Source: a virus
Direction: 5' to 3' (one strand)
Virus record (IMG/VR): IMGVR_UViG_3300030380_006483
Length of the DNA stretch: 64,000 nt
Below, piece after piece: positions 1 to 8,613 of the stretch. Position 1 is the stretch's first letter; each line of letters starts with the position of its first letter. The notes beneath the pieces are model-generated. The model did no database searches. It had not been told where the DNA came from and worked only from the letters and a program-made list of their open reading frames with translations. The position numbers were made by a program, and so were the translations under genes.

Positions 1-920
1 CCAGATACTAGCATCCCCGACACTTCTATTCCAGATACTTCAGTCCCGGATACTAGCATCCCAGATACAAGTGTACCGGATACATCAGTACCTGACACAG
101 ACATACCCGACACTAGTGTGCCTGATACTGATGTACCTGATACAACTACTCCTGATACTAGTACAGCTAGTACAGATGTACCTGATACTTCAACTGATAC
201 TGATGTACCCGATACTTCAACCGATACAAGTACACCAGATACATCTACAGATACTGACGTTGACACTTCTACAGATACGGATGTAGATACTTCTTCAACT
301 GAAACCACAGAAACAGAAACAGCTGATACAGGTAGTACTGAATCAACTGAAACCACAGAAACAGAAACAACCGAAACAACTGAAACTAATGAATCAACTG
401 AAACAGAGACTACAGAATCCGAAACAACAGAAACCACAGATGATACTACCGAGACAGAATCAACAGAATCAGAAACAGAAACAACTGAATCTGAGAGTAC
501 TGAAAGTGAATCTGAAACTTCTGAGACGGAAACTGAAGAGACTGAATCCGATTCCGAAGTAGAATCTGAAAGTGAATCAGATGACAGTACAGAAGGTGAA
601 AGTGAAAGCGAATCTGAAAGCGAGAGTGAATCAGAGAGTGAAAGCGAAAGTGAATCTGATGAAAGTACTGAAGAGGAATCAAAAGAGGAAGAACAAACCG
701 AAGAAGAATCTAAAGAAGAAGAAAAACAAGATGAAGAATCAGAAGAAGAACAATCAGAAGAAGAATCAGAAGAAGAATCAGAATCAGATGACGAGGAGCA
801 AGAAGAAGACAGTGAAGAGGAGAGCGATGAAGAGGAATCTGACGAAGAAGAAACTGAAGATGATGAGGAAGAAAACGATGAAGAGGAAAGCGACAACGAA
901 GATACAGAGGAGGAAGAAAA
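1..920 (+). repeat. Coding low-complexity repeats: 15-bp PDTS[IV] units, then TET, ES and EE/DD tracts
   Basis: Units such as ccagatactagcatc vary at synonymous positions, so they are protein-level repeats. Confidence 0.85.
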
Positions 921-1614
921 GAAGAAACGAGAAAAAAGACAGTTTGCTCCACCTGTTATTATGTCAAATGTTTTAGCACAACAGGCCCCAACAGGTGAAT
1001 ACAATATGGCCGCTATGGTTGGTTATAGCCAGTCAACATTACTTGGTACTGAAACATTTGGTGTTAATGCAATGGTTTATGATAATATGGAACAATTTTT
1101 ACTTAATTTAAGTTATACTAAAGTTAATATAAATGATGAAGGTAGAGCTAATAGAGTATATTCCTTAGGTTTAGGTGGATCTAAAATGTTTACTACTTAT
1201 ATGGGTACTATTAATAATAGTTTTATATGGTTAGGTGAAAAAGGATCAGTTGCTGGGGTAGCATTTGGAACATCATTCTCATCATTTGAATTAGATATAA
1301 GAGAAGGTGTTGTATATTTTGATGATGTTTTACTTAGTACTTCATTAACTGGGTTTATAACTAAACCCTATAAATGGAATGAACGATTAACTATAAGCCC
1401 AATGTTGGCAGTATCAAGCCCATTTTTCTCAATGAGTATGAGTAATTATAGTACTATATGGAATAAAGATGTTATGGCAATTGGTGGTTTAAACTTTAAT
1501 TATATGTTTACTAAACGATTTGGCTTAACTTTAGGTACTACCGTTATAGAATCAACAATACCACAGTTCCCTACTTTAACCAACTTTATGTTAGGTGGTA
1601 GATTTTCATTTTAA
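1..1614 (+). CDS. 5'-truncated large acidic protein: PDTS[IV] repeats, T/E/S/D low-complexity stalk, C-terminal putative outer-membrane beta-barrel
   Basis: Frame +1 is open from base 1 (PDTSIPDTSIPDTSV...), extending the tracked ORF 118..1614. The last ~215 aa show alternating hydrophobic strands and end in GGRFSF (terminal Phe). Confidence 0.75.
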   Translation, partial: PDTSIPDTSIPDTSVPDTSIPDTSVPDTSVPDTDIPDTSVPDTDVPDTTTPDTSTASTDVPDTSTDTDVPDTSTDTSTPDTSTDTDVDTSTDTDVDTSSTETTETETADTGSTESTETTETETTETTETNESTETETTESETTETTDDTTETESTESETETTESESTESESETSETETEETESDSEVESESESDDSTEGESESESESESESESESESESDESTEEESKEEEQTEEESKEEEKQDEESEEEQSEEESEEESESDDEEQEEDSEEESDEEESDEEETEDDEEENDEEESDNEDTEEEEKKKREKRQFAPPVIMSNVLAQQAPTGEYNMAAMVGYSQSTLLGTETFGVNAMVYDNMEQFLLNLSYTKVNINDEGRANRVYSLGLGGSKMFTTYMGTINNSFIWLGEKGSVAGVAFGTSFSSFELDIREGVVYFDDVLLSTSLTGFITKPYKWNERLTISPMLAVSSPFFSMSMSNYSTIWNKDVMAIGGLNFNYMFTKRFGLTLGTTVIESTIPQFPTLTNFMLGGRFSF

Positions 1615-1615
1615 A

Positions 1616-1647
1616 TTTGGATACTGAATAAAATATTATTATATTTC
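1616..1647 (+). promoter_or_regulatory. Bacteroidota-type -33/-7 promoter
   Basis: TTTGG (1616-1620), 19-nt spacer, TATATTTC (1640-1647), just upstream of ORF 1653. Confidence 0.65.
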
Positions 1648-1652
1648 ACTAA

Positions 1653-1937
1653 ATGATTACAGTTATTAAATGTATTAATACTAATTTTGCAGCTACATCG
1701 AGACCATCTATAATTTGTAGTTCTATTATAGGTAGAACAGCTGCTTGGTACCATAAAGAAGGTAGAACAGATGTAGAATTTATTGAAAAAAATAATAAAG
1801 AACATCATTTATGGTTAGAAAAAAATGATATTTTTGCATTTCCAACATTACTTTTTTATAAAGATGGAGAATTAAAATATAGTAGAGCTCATATAATGGC
1901 TCAAGCACAAATAATGGAAGTAATTGAAAAACTTTAA
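1653..1937 (+). CDS. Thioredoxin-fold-like protein lacking CxxC
   Basis: C-terminal AFPTLLFYKDGE resembles the thioredoxin cis-Pro strand; no CxxC present. Confidence 0.55.
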   Translation: MITVIKCINTNFAATSRPSIICSSIIGRTAAWYHKEGRTDVEFIEKNNKEHHLWLEKNDIFAFPTLLFYKDGELKYSRAHIMAQAQIMEVIEKL

Positions 1938-1945
1938 TATTTATA
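1937..1945 (+). promoter_or_regulatory. ATATTTATA putative late promoter motif
   Basis: The same motif recurs just upstream of many structural or modular genes (2548, 23991, 29302, 38844, 55117, 57598, 61667). Confidence 0.55.
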
Positions 1946-1961
1946 ACATATATAAAAAATT

Positions 1962-2528
1962 ATGGATCAACAAGAAAAAATAAGAATGAGTAAATTATCT
2001 TCAGATGATCAACTTAAATTAAAAGCAATAATGCAAATGATGGCAAAAGAAAAAGATGCCATTGAAAAAGATGCTAGGAAAGCAAAGGGTATGATGGAAG
2101 ATAGACCTACTGATAAGGAAAATCCTAAAGGAATAGGACAACTTTATATACAACCTGCTGTTGTAGATGAAATTGGATTCCATATAGATGCTTATAAAGA
2201 AGGAACTATTAATGTTGATGATATGATCCAAGCAATTGAAGAAATTTTATATGGTAGAGTAAAGGCTCCAGGTCAAAGATTTGAAGAGCAAGAGGAAAAA
2301 CAATCAAATACAGTGGAAAATTTAATAATTAGACATTTAAAAGGTATTTATACAAATGCTTATCCTGATGATTTTTACCAATCATTTGCTGATCAATTAA
2401 TGAATAATGCTGAAGCTGGTTTAGTAGATTTAGATGGGCTAGATGTAGAAGGTGAATTTGATAATTTTGCAGCTGATAATAGGGATAATGTTAACGAAAC
2501 TATTTCTTTAAAAGAAATATTAGACTAG
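1962..2528 (+). CDS. Hypothetical acidic protein, possible head/internal protein
   Basis: 188-aa ORF; shares EKDARKAKGMM with ORF 55141..55887. Confidence 0.8.
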   Translation: MDQQEKIRMSKLSSDDQLKLKAIMQMMAKEKDAIEKDARKAKGMMEDRPTDKENPKGIGQLYIQPAVVDEIGFHIDAYKEGTINVDDMIQAIEEILYGRVKAPGQRFEEQEEKQSNTVENLIIRHLKGIYTNAYPDDFYQSFADQLMNNAEAGLVDLDGLDVEGEFDNFAADNRDNVNETISLKEILD

Positions 2529-2577
2529 GTTTTCTTTAAAAAATATAATATTTATATCCGAATAAAAATATTAAACA

Positions 2578-3006
2578 ATGGCATTAACAGGAGATATAGT
2601 AATAACAACATACACTGAACATCCATCTTTAACCTCTTCAGTATTTGTAGAATATCCAGCAGATTTACCTTCAGACCATGAACACTATGATAAAAGGGGC
2701 ACTTCAGGATATATTTCAGTTTCACAATCACAAGAAACCAGAACTGTGTATAGTGGATCTTATATTAGAGTAAAAAACGCTAATGTATATACATTAGCTC
2801 AAAGTGGAAGCACTACTTTTATGGGGTTAGAAGGACATTATAGAGTATATGGTTCAGCGGAATCCAGATCAGCAGATTGGACAAATCATTTATATGAAGG
2901 TGAAATTATAGGTTCATGGGATTTTAGCTCAGACACAAACCCTTATGAGGCAGCTTATGATTGGATAAAAACTACAACATATAATAGTGGTTTAACAGAC
3001 GCTTAA
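2578..3006 (+). CDS. Hypothetical, probably virion-associated protein
   Basis: 142-aa S/T/G/Y-rich ORF downstream of an ATATTTATA motif. Confidence 0.7.
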   Translation: MALTGDIVITTYTEHPSLTSSVFVEYPADLPSDHEHYDKRGTSGYISVSQSQETRTVYSGSYIRVKNANVYTLAQSGSTTFMGLEGHYRVYGSAESRSADWTNHLYEGEIIGSWDFSSDTNPYEAAYDWIKTTTYNSGLTDA

Positions 3007-3028
3007 AAATTTAAAAAATTAAAATATT

Positions 3029-3895
3029 ATGGCAATACCTAATACTGGTACATTAAAATTATGGGACACTATATGGAATAGTGAATTGCAAGGTTCTAAA
3101 GGTGAAAATTCACTACATAGTGCCTCACTTTATGCTGAATTTACAACACCTGATGCAATGAGTGATTTTTATGGTTGGAGTGATATTGAAGTTCCTACTG
3201 TTACAACAAATGCATTTACCTCCATTAGTGATAGTTCAATGACAGCTAATGGTAATGTTACACAAGATGGTAATGATCCTGCCGTAACAAGAGGTTTTTA
3301 TTTTGGTACTTCTAATTCTTATACCTCAAATACTAAATATACTACCCCTGGTAGTGGACCTGGTGCTTATTCACAAGGATTTGGAAGTTTAACTCATAAT
3401 ACCAATTATAAAGGAAGAGCTTGGGCTGCAACACCTGCAGGAGAGTGTGTAGCAACAAATCAATGTCAAACTACAACTCCATATCCTCCTTTTACACCAC
3501 AAAGATATCAAACATCAAGATATAGATGGTGTGTACAAGCCCAAAATTTAGTTAATACTGGTTTTCAGGGGTATATAAATCCATACACAGGCCAAAGTGT
3601 TGAACTTTATACAGTTGGAGGTATTCCACAGCCACAAAACCCATCTAACTCATATGATTCTTATCAATATACTACTAAAAATGCAAGAAATATAATGAAA
3701 GCTAATTCTGCTTATGGAATGGCGTGTGCTAATTTAGCTTTTAGTTGTTGTGTATATAACCGTTCGATGACCCATAGTGTGCCATCCGTTTGGAATTTTA
3801 TTTCATCTAAATCAAATAACTGTAAACTTTGTTATTGGGCAAATAGTGACACCTGTACTACTGCTTTTGTTGATATGAGATTCTGTGGAAGTTAA
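3029..3895 (+). CDS. Putative virion/tail-fibre protein with FN3-like domain and Cys-rich C-terminus
   Basis: PTVTTNAFTSISDSSMTANGNVTQDG...VTRGFYFGT resembles FN3-like repeats of Bacteroidota surface proteins; S/T/G/N-rich. Confidence 0.6.
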   Translation: MAIPNTGTLKLWDTIWNSELQGSKGENSLHSASLYAEFTTPDAMSDFYGWSDIEVPTVTTNAFTSISDSSMTANGNVTQDGNDPAVTRGFYFGTSNSYTSNTKYTTPGSGPGAYSQGFGSLTHNTNYKGRAWAATPAGECVATNQCQTTTPYPPFTPQRYQTSRYRWCVQAQNLVNTGFQGYINPYTGQSVELYTVGGIPQPQNPSNSYDSYQYTTKNARNIMKANSAYGMACANLAFSCCVYNRSMTHSVPSVWNFISSKSNNCKLCYWANSDTCTTAFVDMRFCGS

Positions 3896-3908
3896 TATTT
3901 ATTAGAAA

Positions 3909-4502
3909 ATGTTATACAAAAAAAGATCCCAGTTAGAAAAATTGGGTTACTGTAAAATAGAAAATTATTTTACAAAAGACTTACTTTACTTTTTAAAACC
4001 AAATTCTGCATTAACATCACTTAATGCAAATATAGAGTATAGAGATGGAGATAGTGTTGTTGTAGGAGATGGTAAAAATAAAGCTTTATATGCTTCTACT
4101 ATAAGTGAATCTCTTCTTATATATTTAACTCCTTTTTATAAAAACTTAACAGGTAAAAATTTAATGCCTTCTTATTCTTATTTTAGAGTTTATAATGAAG
4201 GATATACTCTTCGTCCACATAAAGATAGACCCTCTTGTCAATATTCTGCTACTATTTGTTTAGATACTGATCAAAATTGGGTTTGGCCCTTTTTCTTAAA
4301 AGATAAAAAGTCAAATATTGTAAAAAATCTCCAACAAACTTCAGATATTATTTTTTATAAAGGAATGGAAGTAGAACATTGGAGAGAATCTTTAGAAGTA
4401 AAATTTAGTACTCATTGTTTTCTTCATTGGGTAGATGGAGATGATCCTAATTTTCAACCTTATATTTTTGATGGTAGAGAAAGTATAGGTCACCCAAGAT
4501 AA
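3909..4502 (+). CDS. 2OG-Fe(II) oxygenase (prolyl-hydroxylase-like)
   Basis: HKD (HxD) in LRPHKDRPSCQYSATICL; distal His in VEHWRE. Confidence 0.85.
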   Translation: MLYKKRSQLEKLGYCKIENYFTKDLLYFLKPNSALTSLNANIEYRDGDSVVVGDGKNKALYASTISESLLIYLTPFYKNLTGKNLMPSYSYFRVYNEGYTLRPHKDRPSCQYSATICLDTDQNWVWPFFLKDKKSNIVKNLQQTSDIIFYKGMEVEHWRESLEVKFSTHCFLHWVDGDDPNFQPYIFDGRESIGHPR

Positions 4503-4503
4503 A

Positions 4504-4535
4504 TTTGGTTTCCCCAAATAGAGTTCGTATATTTA
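4504..4535 (+). promoter_or_regulatory. -33/-7 promoter with ATTTGG-N5-CCAAAT palindrome
   Basis: tttgg 4504-4508, cgtatattta 4526-4535. Confidence 0.75.
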
Positions 4536-4551
4536 TGGGTAATCAAAGGTT

Positions 4552-4992
4552 ATGGCATTATTACAATTTAGTAATACAAATAAGTACGGTAATAAACGTA
4601 CTAGAATAATTCACAAAGATACCACATCACTAGGTATTAATCCCTCAGGTTTTGGAAGTTATATTCATGTTAGTGTTTTCAAATACGAGTATGAACACCC
4701 AATTCTTGCTCCAAGTTTATTTGTTGACCTGAAGGGAGATAAGTATATTGTCCCTACTTGGCAAAAAGTTCATCCTAAAACTGAACTAAATGATATTATT
4801 TGGAAAAAACCCAAAATAAAAAAAGAAAAACCAAAACAAAAAACATGGACATTTAAGTCCTCAAGCAGTGATGCAGTTTACACTGTAAGACAAGTCGATT
4901 CTAGTTCATTAAAATGTAACTGTCCAGGTGCCTGGAGATCAAGAGGTAACTGTAAGCATATTAAGGAAATTAGAGCAAGTTTAACTAAATAA
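4552..4992 (+). CDS. SWIM zinc-finger protein
   Basis: C-terminal CNCPGAWRSRGNCKHIK fits CxC-xn-CxH. Confidence 0.75.
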   Translation: MALLQFSNTNKYGNKRTRIIHKDTTSLGINPSGFGSYIHVSVFKYEYEHPILAPSLFVDLKGDKYIVPTWQKVHPKTELNDIIWKKPKIKKEKPKQKTWTFKSSSSDAVYTVRQVDSSSLKCNCPGAWRSRGNCKHIKEIRASLTK

Positions 4993-4997
4993 TTTAT

Positions 4998-5591
4998 ATG
5001 AGAAAATTATCGTCAGCAATAGGATTAATATTTTTATTATCCGTTCTATCAGCATTTACAAGAATGGTTTTTATTACTCCTAAAGTTGAAGCTATTGAGG
5101 TTCAACCAATTATTAAATCACTTGATATAATAGAACCTAAATTAGAGGTGAAAGTAGAAATACCTGTAATTAAAAGTCATAATAAATTTTTAGATGATAT
5201 TGGATTTAGAGAATCATCTAATAACTATAAAGCCGTTAATCAATTTGGTTATTTAGGCAAATATCAATTTGGTAGAAAAACTTTAAATGCAATTGGATTT
5301 GAAGAAATATCTAATTATGAATTCCTATCAAACCCTGAAATACAGGAGGAAGCAATGTTAGTTTTATTACAAAAAAATAGACATACATTACGTAGAGAAA
5401 TTAAAAAATACGTAGGAGAAACAATAAATGGTATTTATATTACGGAATCAGGAATATTAGCTGCAGCACATTTAGGTGGAGCAGGTAATGTAAGAAAGTT
5501 TTTTAGAAAAGGACATGAATTTGAAGATGGTAATGGTACTAAAATGACTTCATACATGATTAGATTTTCTGATTATAATTTAAATTTATAA
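4998..5591 (+). CDS. Membrane-anchored lysozyme-like peptidoglycan hydrolase (possible endolysin)
   Basis: N-terminal hydrophobic segment; RESSNNYKAVNQFGYLGKYQFG and SGILAAAHLGG match lysozyme/SLT-like proteins common in flavobacteria. Confidence 0.7.
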   Translation: MRKLSSAIGLIFLLSVLSAFTRMVFITPKVEAIEVQPIIKSLDIIEPKLEVKVEIPVIKSHNKFLDDIGFRESSNNYKAVNQFGYLGKYQFGRKTLNAIGFEEISNYEFLSNPEIQEEAMLVLLQKNRHTLRREIKKYVGETINGIYITESGILAAAHLGGAGNVRKFFRKGHEFEDGNGTKMTSYMIRFSDYNLNL

Positions 5592-5592
5592 T

Positions 5593-5931
5593 ATGAAAGC
5601 AGGTTCTTTTGTTGAATGTATTGATGATAAATTTTCATCAGAACAACTAAAAAAACTAAGTAAAATCCCTAAAGAAGGTGATTATTATACTATTAGGGAA
5701 ATAATTGACTACCCAAATTTAGGTAGAACTGGTGTTAAATTAGAAGAAATATCTAACCCATTAATCGAAATGAATGGTGGTATGGGTGAACCTACATTTA
5801 ACATATTCAGATTTAGAGAATTAGAGATTCCACCACCAATGGAACTTGAAATTAGAGAAGCATTAGACAACGATTTAGGTTTAGAAATAATAGAAGAAGA
5901 TGACGGCTTACTTAGAAGGATTCGTAACTAA
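5593..5931 (+). CDS. Hypothetical protein
   Basis: 112-aa ORF in tightly packed operon context. Confidence 0.75.
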   Translation: MKAGSFVECIDDKFSSEQLKKLSKIPKEGDYYTIREIIDYPNLGRTGVKLEEISNPLIEMNGGMGEPTFNIFRFRELEIPPPMELEIREALDNDLGLEIIEEDDGLLRRIRN

Positions 5932-5932
5932 A

Positions 5933-6118
5933 ATGATCGAACAATACATCCCGGAAGGGAAGGATACAGTTGCACACGTTGACTGTAGAGAATTTATGTA
6001 TGAATATATTTTTCAGTTAATTGAAGAGGAAAAACTTCCGCGCAAATTAGCTGCTATTAAATATTTATGTATGAATTATAAAAGGTTTGTTTATACAAAC
6101 TTATCAATGTTAAATTAA
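5933..6118 (+). CDS. Hypothetical protein
   Basis: Tracked ORF 5900..6118; ATG 5933, just after the previous stop, is the likelier start. Confidence 0.55.
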   Translation: MIEQYIPEGKDTVAHVDCREFMYEYIFQLIEEEKLPRKLAAIKYLCMNYKRFVYTNLSMLN

Positions 6119-6128
6119 AATTCAAATT

Positions 6129-6446
6129 ATGAATACGTTATTAATTATTATCTTAATTGTAGCAGCATTAGCAGGGGTTACTTGGGTATTAACCAAGTAC
6201 TTTAATCTATTTGCTGACGCGGACGAGGATGGAATTCCAGACGAAGTCGAAGAAACAGTAGAAGATGTTACTAAAGCAGTTAAAAAAACTACTAAAGAAG
6301 TCAAAAGAAGGGCTAAAAGAGTAAAAGAAGAGCTTAGTGATATTGGAGATGCAGCTAAAGATCTTGCTAACCAAGTAGGTGATGTAGGAGCAGCAGTTAA
6401 AGGTAAACCAAGAGCTGGTAGAAAAAAGAAATCAGTAAAAAAGTAG
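6129..6446 (+). CDS. Small membrane-anchored protein with amphipathic, basic tail
   Basis: TM helix LLIIILIVAALAGVTWVL followed by a K/E/A helical region. Confidence 0.8.
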   Translation: MNTLLIIILIVAALAGVTWVLTKYFNLFADADEDGIPDEVEETVEDVTKAVKKTTKEVKRRAKRVKEELSDIGDAAKDLANQVGDVGAAVKGKPRAGRKKKSVKK

Positions 6447-6447
6447 T

Positions 6448-6792
6448 ATGTATACTTATAAAGCAAAGGTTGTAAGGGTAGTTGATGGAGATACTATTGA
6501 CGCCCTTATTGATCTTGGATTTGATATCCATAAAAAAATAAGAATTAGAATGGTAGGGATGAATGCCCCTGAATCTAGAACTAGAGATCTAGAGGAAAAA
6601 AAACGTGGTTTAGCTGCTAAAGCTAGATTAAAGGAGATACTTAAAGAAGGTAAAAATAAGTTTATTTTAGAATCTCAAGGTGTGGGTAAATATGGTAGAT
6701 GTCTTGCTGTTATTAAAGTTGATGATATAAATGTTAATCAACAATTAATAGAAGAAGGACACGCTACTGCATACTTTGGTGGAAAAAGATAG
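6448..6792 (+). CDS. SNase-like (thermonuclease) nuclease
   Basis: RVVDGDTID, IRMVGMNAPESR, GKYGRCLA motifs. Confidence 0.9.
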   Translation: MYTYKAKVVRVVDGDTIDALIDLGFDIHKKIRIRMVGMNAPESRTRDLEEKKRGLAAKARLKEILKEGKNKFILESQGVGKYGRCLAVIKVDDINVNQQLIEEGHATAYFGGKR

Positions 6793-6809
6793 GTTATTAA
6801 ATTATTGTT

Positions 6810-7706
6810 ATGGGGGAAAAATATGTTATATGGCATGTCCAGGGTGGACTTGGTAAAAATATTGCAGCAACTGCTCTTATTAAAGATATTAAAAATAAAT
6901 ATTCTGATAGGAAGTTTATATTAGTTTGTAGTTTCCCAGAAGTATTTTTAAACAATCCTAATATTGATAGGGTTTATTCTATAGGTAATCATCCTTATTT
7001 TTATGAAAATTATATTGAAAATAAAGATGTTATTATTTTTAAACATGAACCATATGATCAAACAGGGCACATCACTAGAAAAAAACACTTAATTGAAAAT
7101 TGGTGTGATTTATTAAATATAAAATACCAAAATCAACAACCTCAAATTTTAACTAATTATCCCCAAAGTCAATCACCTGCTAAATGGGTTAGAGAAAAAC
7201 CTATTTTATTATTACAGACTACAGGAGGTCCTTTTATGCAGGAAAATCCTACCCTATATGAATGGACACGAGATTTACCTATAGAAATATCTCAAGCCTT
7301 AGTAAATAAATATTCTTCTTTGTATCATATAATTCATGTTACAAAACCTGGAGGATATTTACTAGAAGGTATAGAACGTATTGAAAATTCTTTATCTAAT
7401 ATGGATTTATTTTCTTTAGTTGCTTCCTCTTCACAAAGAATTTTTATTGATTCTTGTTTACAACATGTAGCTGCAGCTATAAATTTACCTTCAATTGTGT
7501 TTTGGGTAGGTACGTCTCCTAAAGTATTTGGATATAATTTACATAAAAATATTATTGCTAAATTACCTACTAAAGCAAATCAATTAATTAATTCTTATGT
7601 ATTTGATTATTCATTTAATGATAATGAATATGAATGCCCTTATCTAAACATAAACGAAATGTTTGATGTAGAAAAAATATTAAAAGATTTGGATACCCTA
7701 TTTTAA
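6810..7706 (+). CDS. GT-B glycosyltransferase, GT9/heptosyltransferase-like
   Basis: N-terminal GGLGKNIAAT and C-terminal FIDSCLQHVAAA resemble GT9 motifs. Confidence 0.7.
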   Translation: MGEKYVIWHVQGGLGKNIAATALIKDIKNKYSDRKFILVCSFPEVFLNNPNIDRVYSIGNHPYFYENYIENKDVIIFKHEPYDQTGHITRKKHLIENWCDLLNIKYQNQQPQILTNYPQSQSPAKWVREKPILLLQTTGGPFMQENPTLYEWTRDLPIEISQALVNKYSSLYHIIHVTKPGGYLLEGIERIENSLSNMDLFSLVASSSQRIFIDSCLQHVAAAINLPSIVFWVGTSPKVFGYNLHKNIIAKLPTKANQLINSYVFDYSFNDNEYECPYLNINEMFDVEKILKDLDTLF

Positions 7707-7719
7707 TTTATTACATTAT
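7688..7719 (+). promoter_or_regulatory. -33/-7 promoter variant
   Basis: tttgg 7688-7692, 19-nt spacer, TACATTAT at 7712. Confidence 0.5.
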
Positions 7720-7725
7720 ATCATA

Positions 7726-7863
7726 ATGAGTTATTTAGATTATAGAAAAAAAGTATATGAAGATCTATTAAAAGAGATAGATAAAGGTACTGATGTTAAA
7801 TCACTCCGTAAACATTTAATTAAAGAAATTAATCATTTAAATTATTTAAAAAGTTATGAGTAA
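7726..7863 (+). CDS. Small hypothetical protein (45 aa)
   Basis: Manual translation MSYLDYRKKVYEDLLKEID...; below track cutoff; follows a promoter motif. Confidence 0.6.
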   Translation: MSYLDYRKKVYEDLLKEIDKGTDVKSLRKHLIKEINHLNYLKSYE

Positions 7864-7987
7864 AACAAGCGCAAAAAGTAGATATACACAATTAATGTCC
7901 TGGTTATCAGGGTATAAATCTTCACCAGTATCAAATTTTAGAAAACAACAAGAAAAAAAGAAAAGTAATTATAGACAAAAAAGATAA
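7856..7987 (+). CDS. Small basic hypothetical protein (43 aa)
   Basis: Manual translation MSKTSAKSRYTQLMSWL...; overlaps the previous stop. Confidence 0.6.
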   Translation: MSKTSAKSRYTQLMSWLSGYKSSPVSNFRKQQEKKKSNYRQKR

Positions 7988-7989
7988 TA

Positions 7990-8613
7990 ATGGATTTGTT
8001 TAATTCAAAAGATAATTTCCAAATAAGAGTATTTGATAATTTTATCAGTTATAATTATATCTCTGAACTATATTTACATTGTAGTAGGGGGCTAGGTTTT
8101 ATAGATAGTAATTTTGATAACCCTTGGTCAACAAAATTTGCAACCCCTAAACAAATATGTACTATACACCCACCCTCAGAGTTAAATCAAACTGTACACC
8201 ATACTATAGCTCATAATTTGGTAGCAAGTGAAATTTTAAATTCAAAACAATTTAGTTTTTTTTCTGAAACTCATGAAGTTTTATCAATATCTTTTAATAA
8301 ATCCTCATTTGGAACTAGTGATCTTGTTCATGTAGATTCAACTGATAATGATAACTATACTATATTAGCTTATATTAATCCTGAATGGAGTATAGATTGG
8401 GGAGGTGAAACTTTATTTTATGATTCAAATTTACAAGAAATTGTTAAATCTATAATACCCAAACCAGGTAGGGTTATAATATTTGATTCAACAATTCCTC
8501 ACTCTGCTAGACCTCCTCAAATTCATTGCCCGTATTCTAGATGTGTGTTAGCTATAAAATTAATAAAAAAAGAAAATAATAATAAAAATAATAAAAGTAA
8601 TGGAAAACATTAA
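7990..8613 (+). CDS. 2OG-Fe(II) oxygenase (P4H-like)
   Basis: HVD, WGGETLFY, PHSARPP motifs. Confidence 0.85.
   Translation: MDLFNSKDNFQIRVFDNFISYNYISELYLHCSRGLGFIDSNFDNPWSTKFATPKQICTIHPPSELNQTVHHTIAHNLVASEILNSKQFSFFSETHEVLSISFNKSSFGTSDLVHVDSTDNDNYTILAYINPEWSIDWGGETLFYDSNLQEIVKSIIPKPGRVIIFDSTIPHSARPPQIHCPYSRCVLAIKLIKKENNNKNNKSNGKH

Noticed and set aside
1-920. Tandem repeats as a CRISPR array or satellite
   Set aside because: Units are 15 bp or shorter, in frame, vary at synonymous positions and have no unique spacers; they encode low-complexity protein.
71-976. Alternative-frame ORFs 71..286, 446..682, 572..976, 710..952
   Set aside because: Shadows of the low-complexity frame +1 gene.
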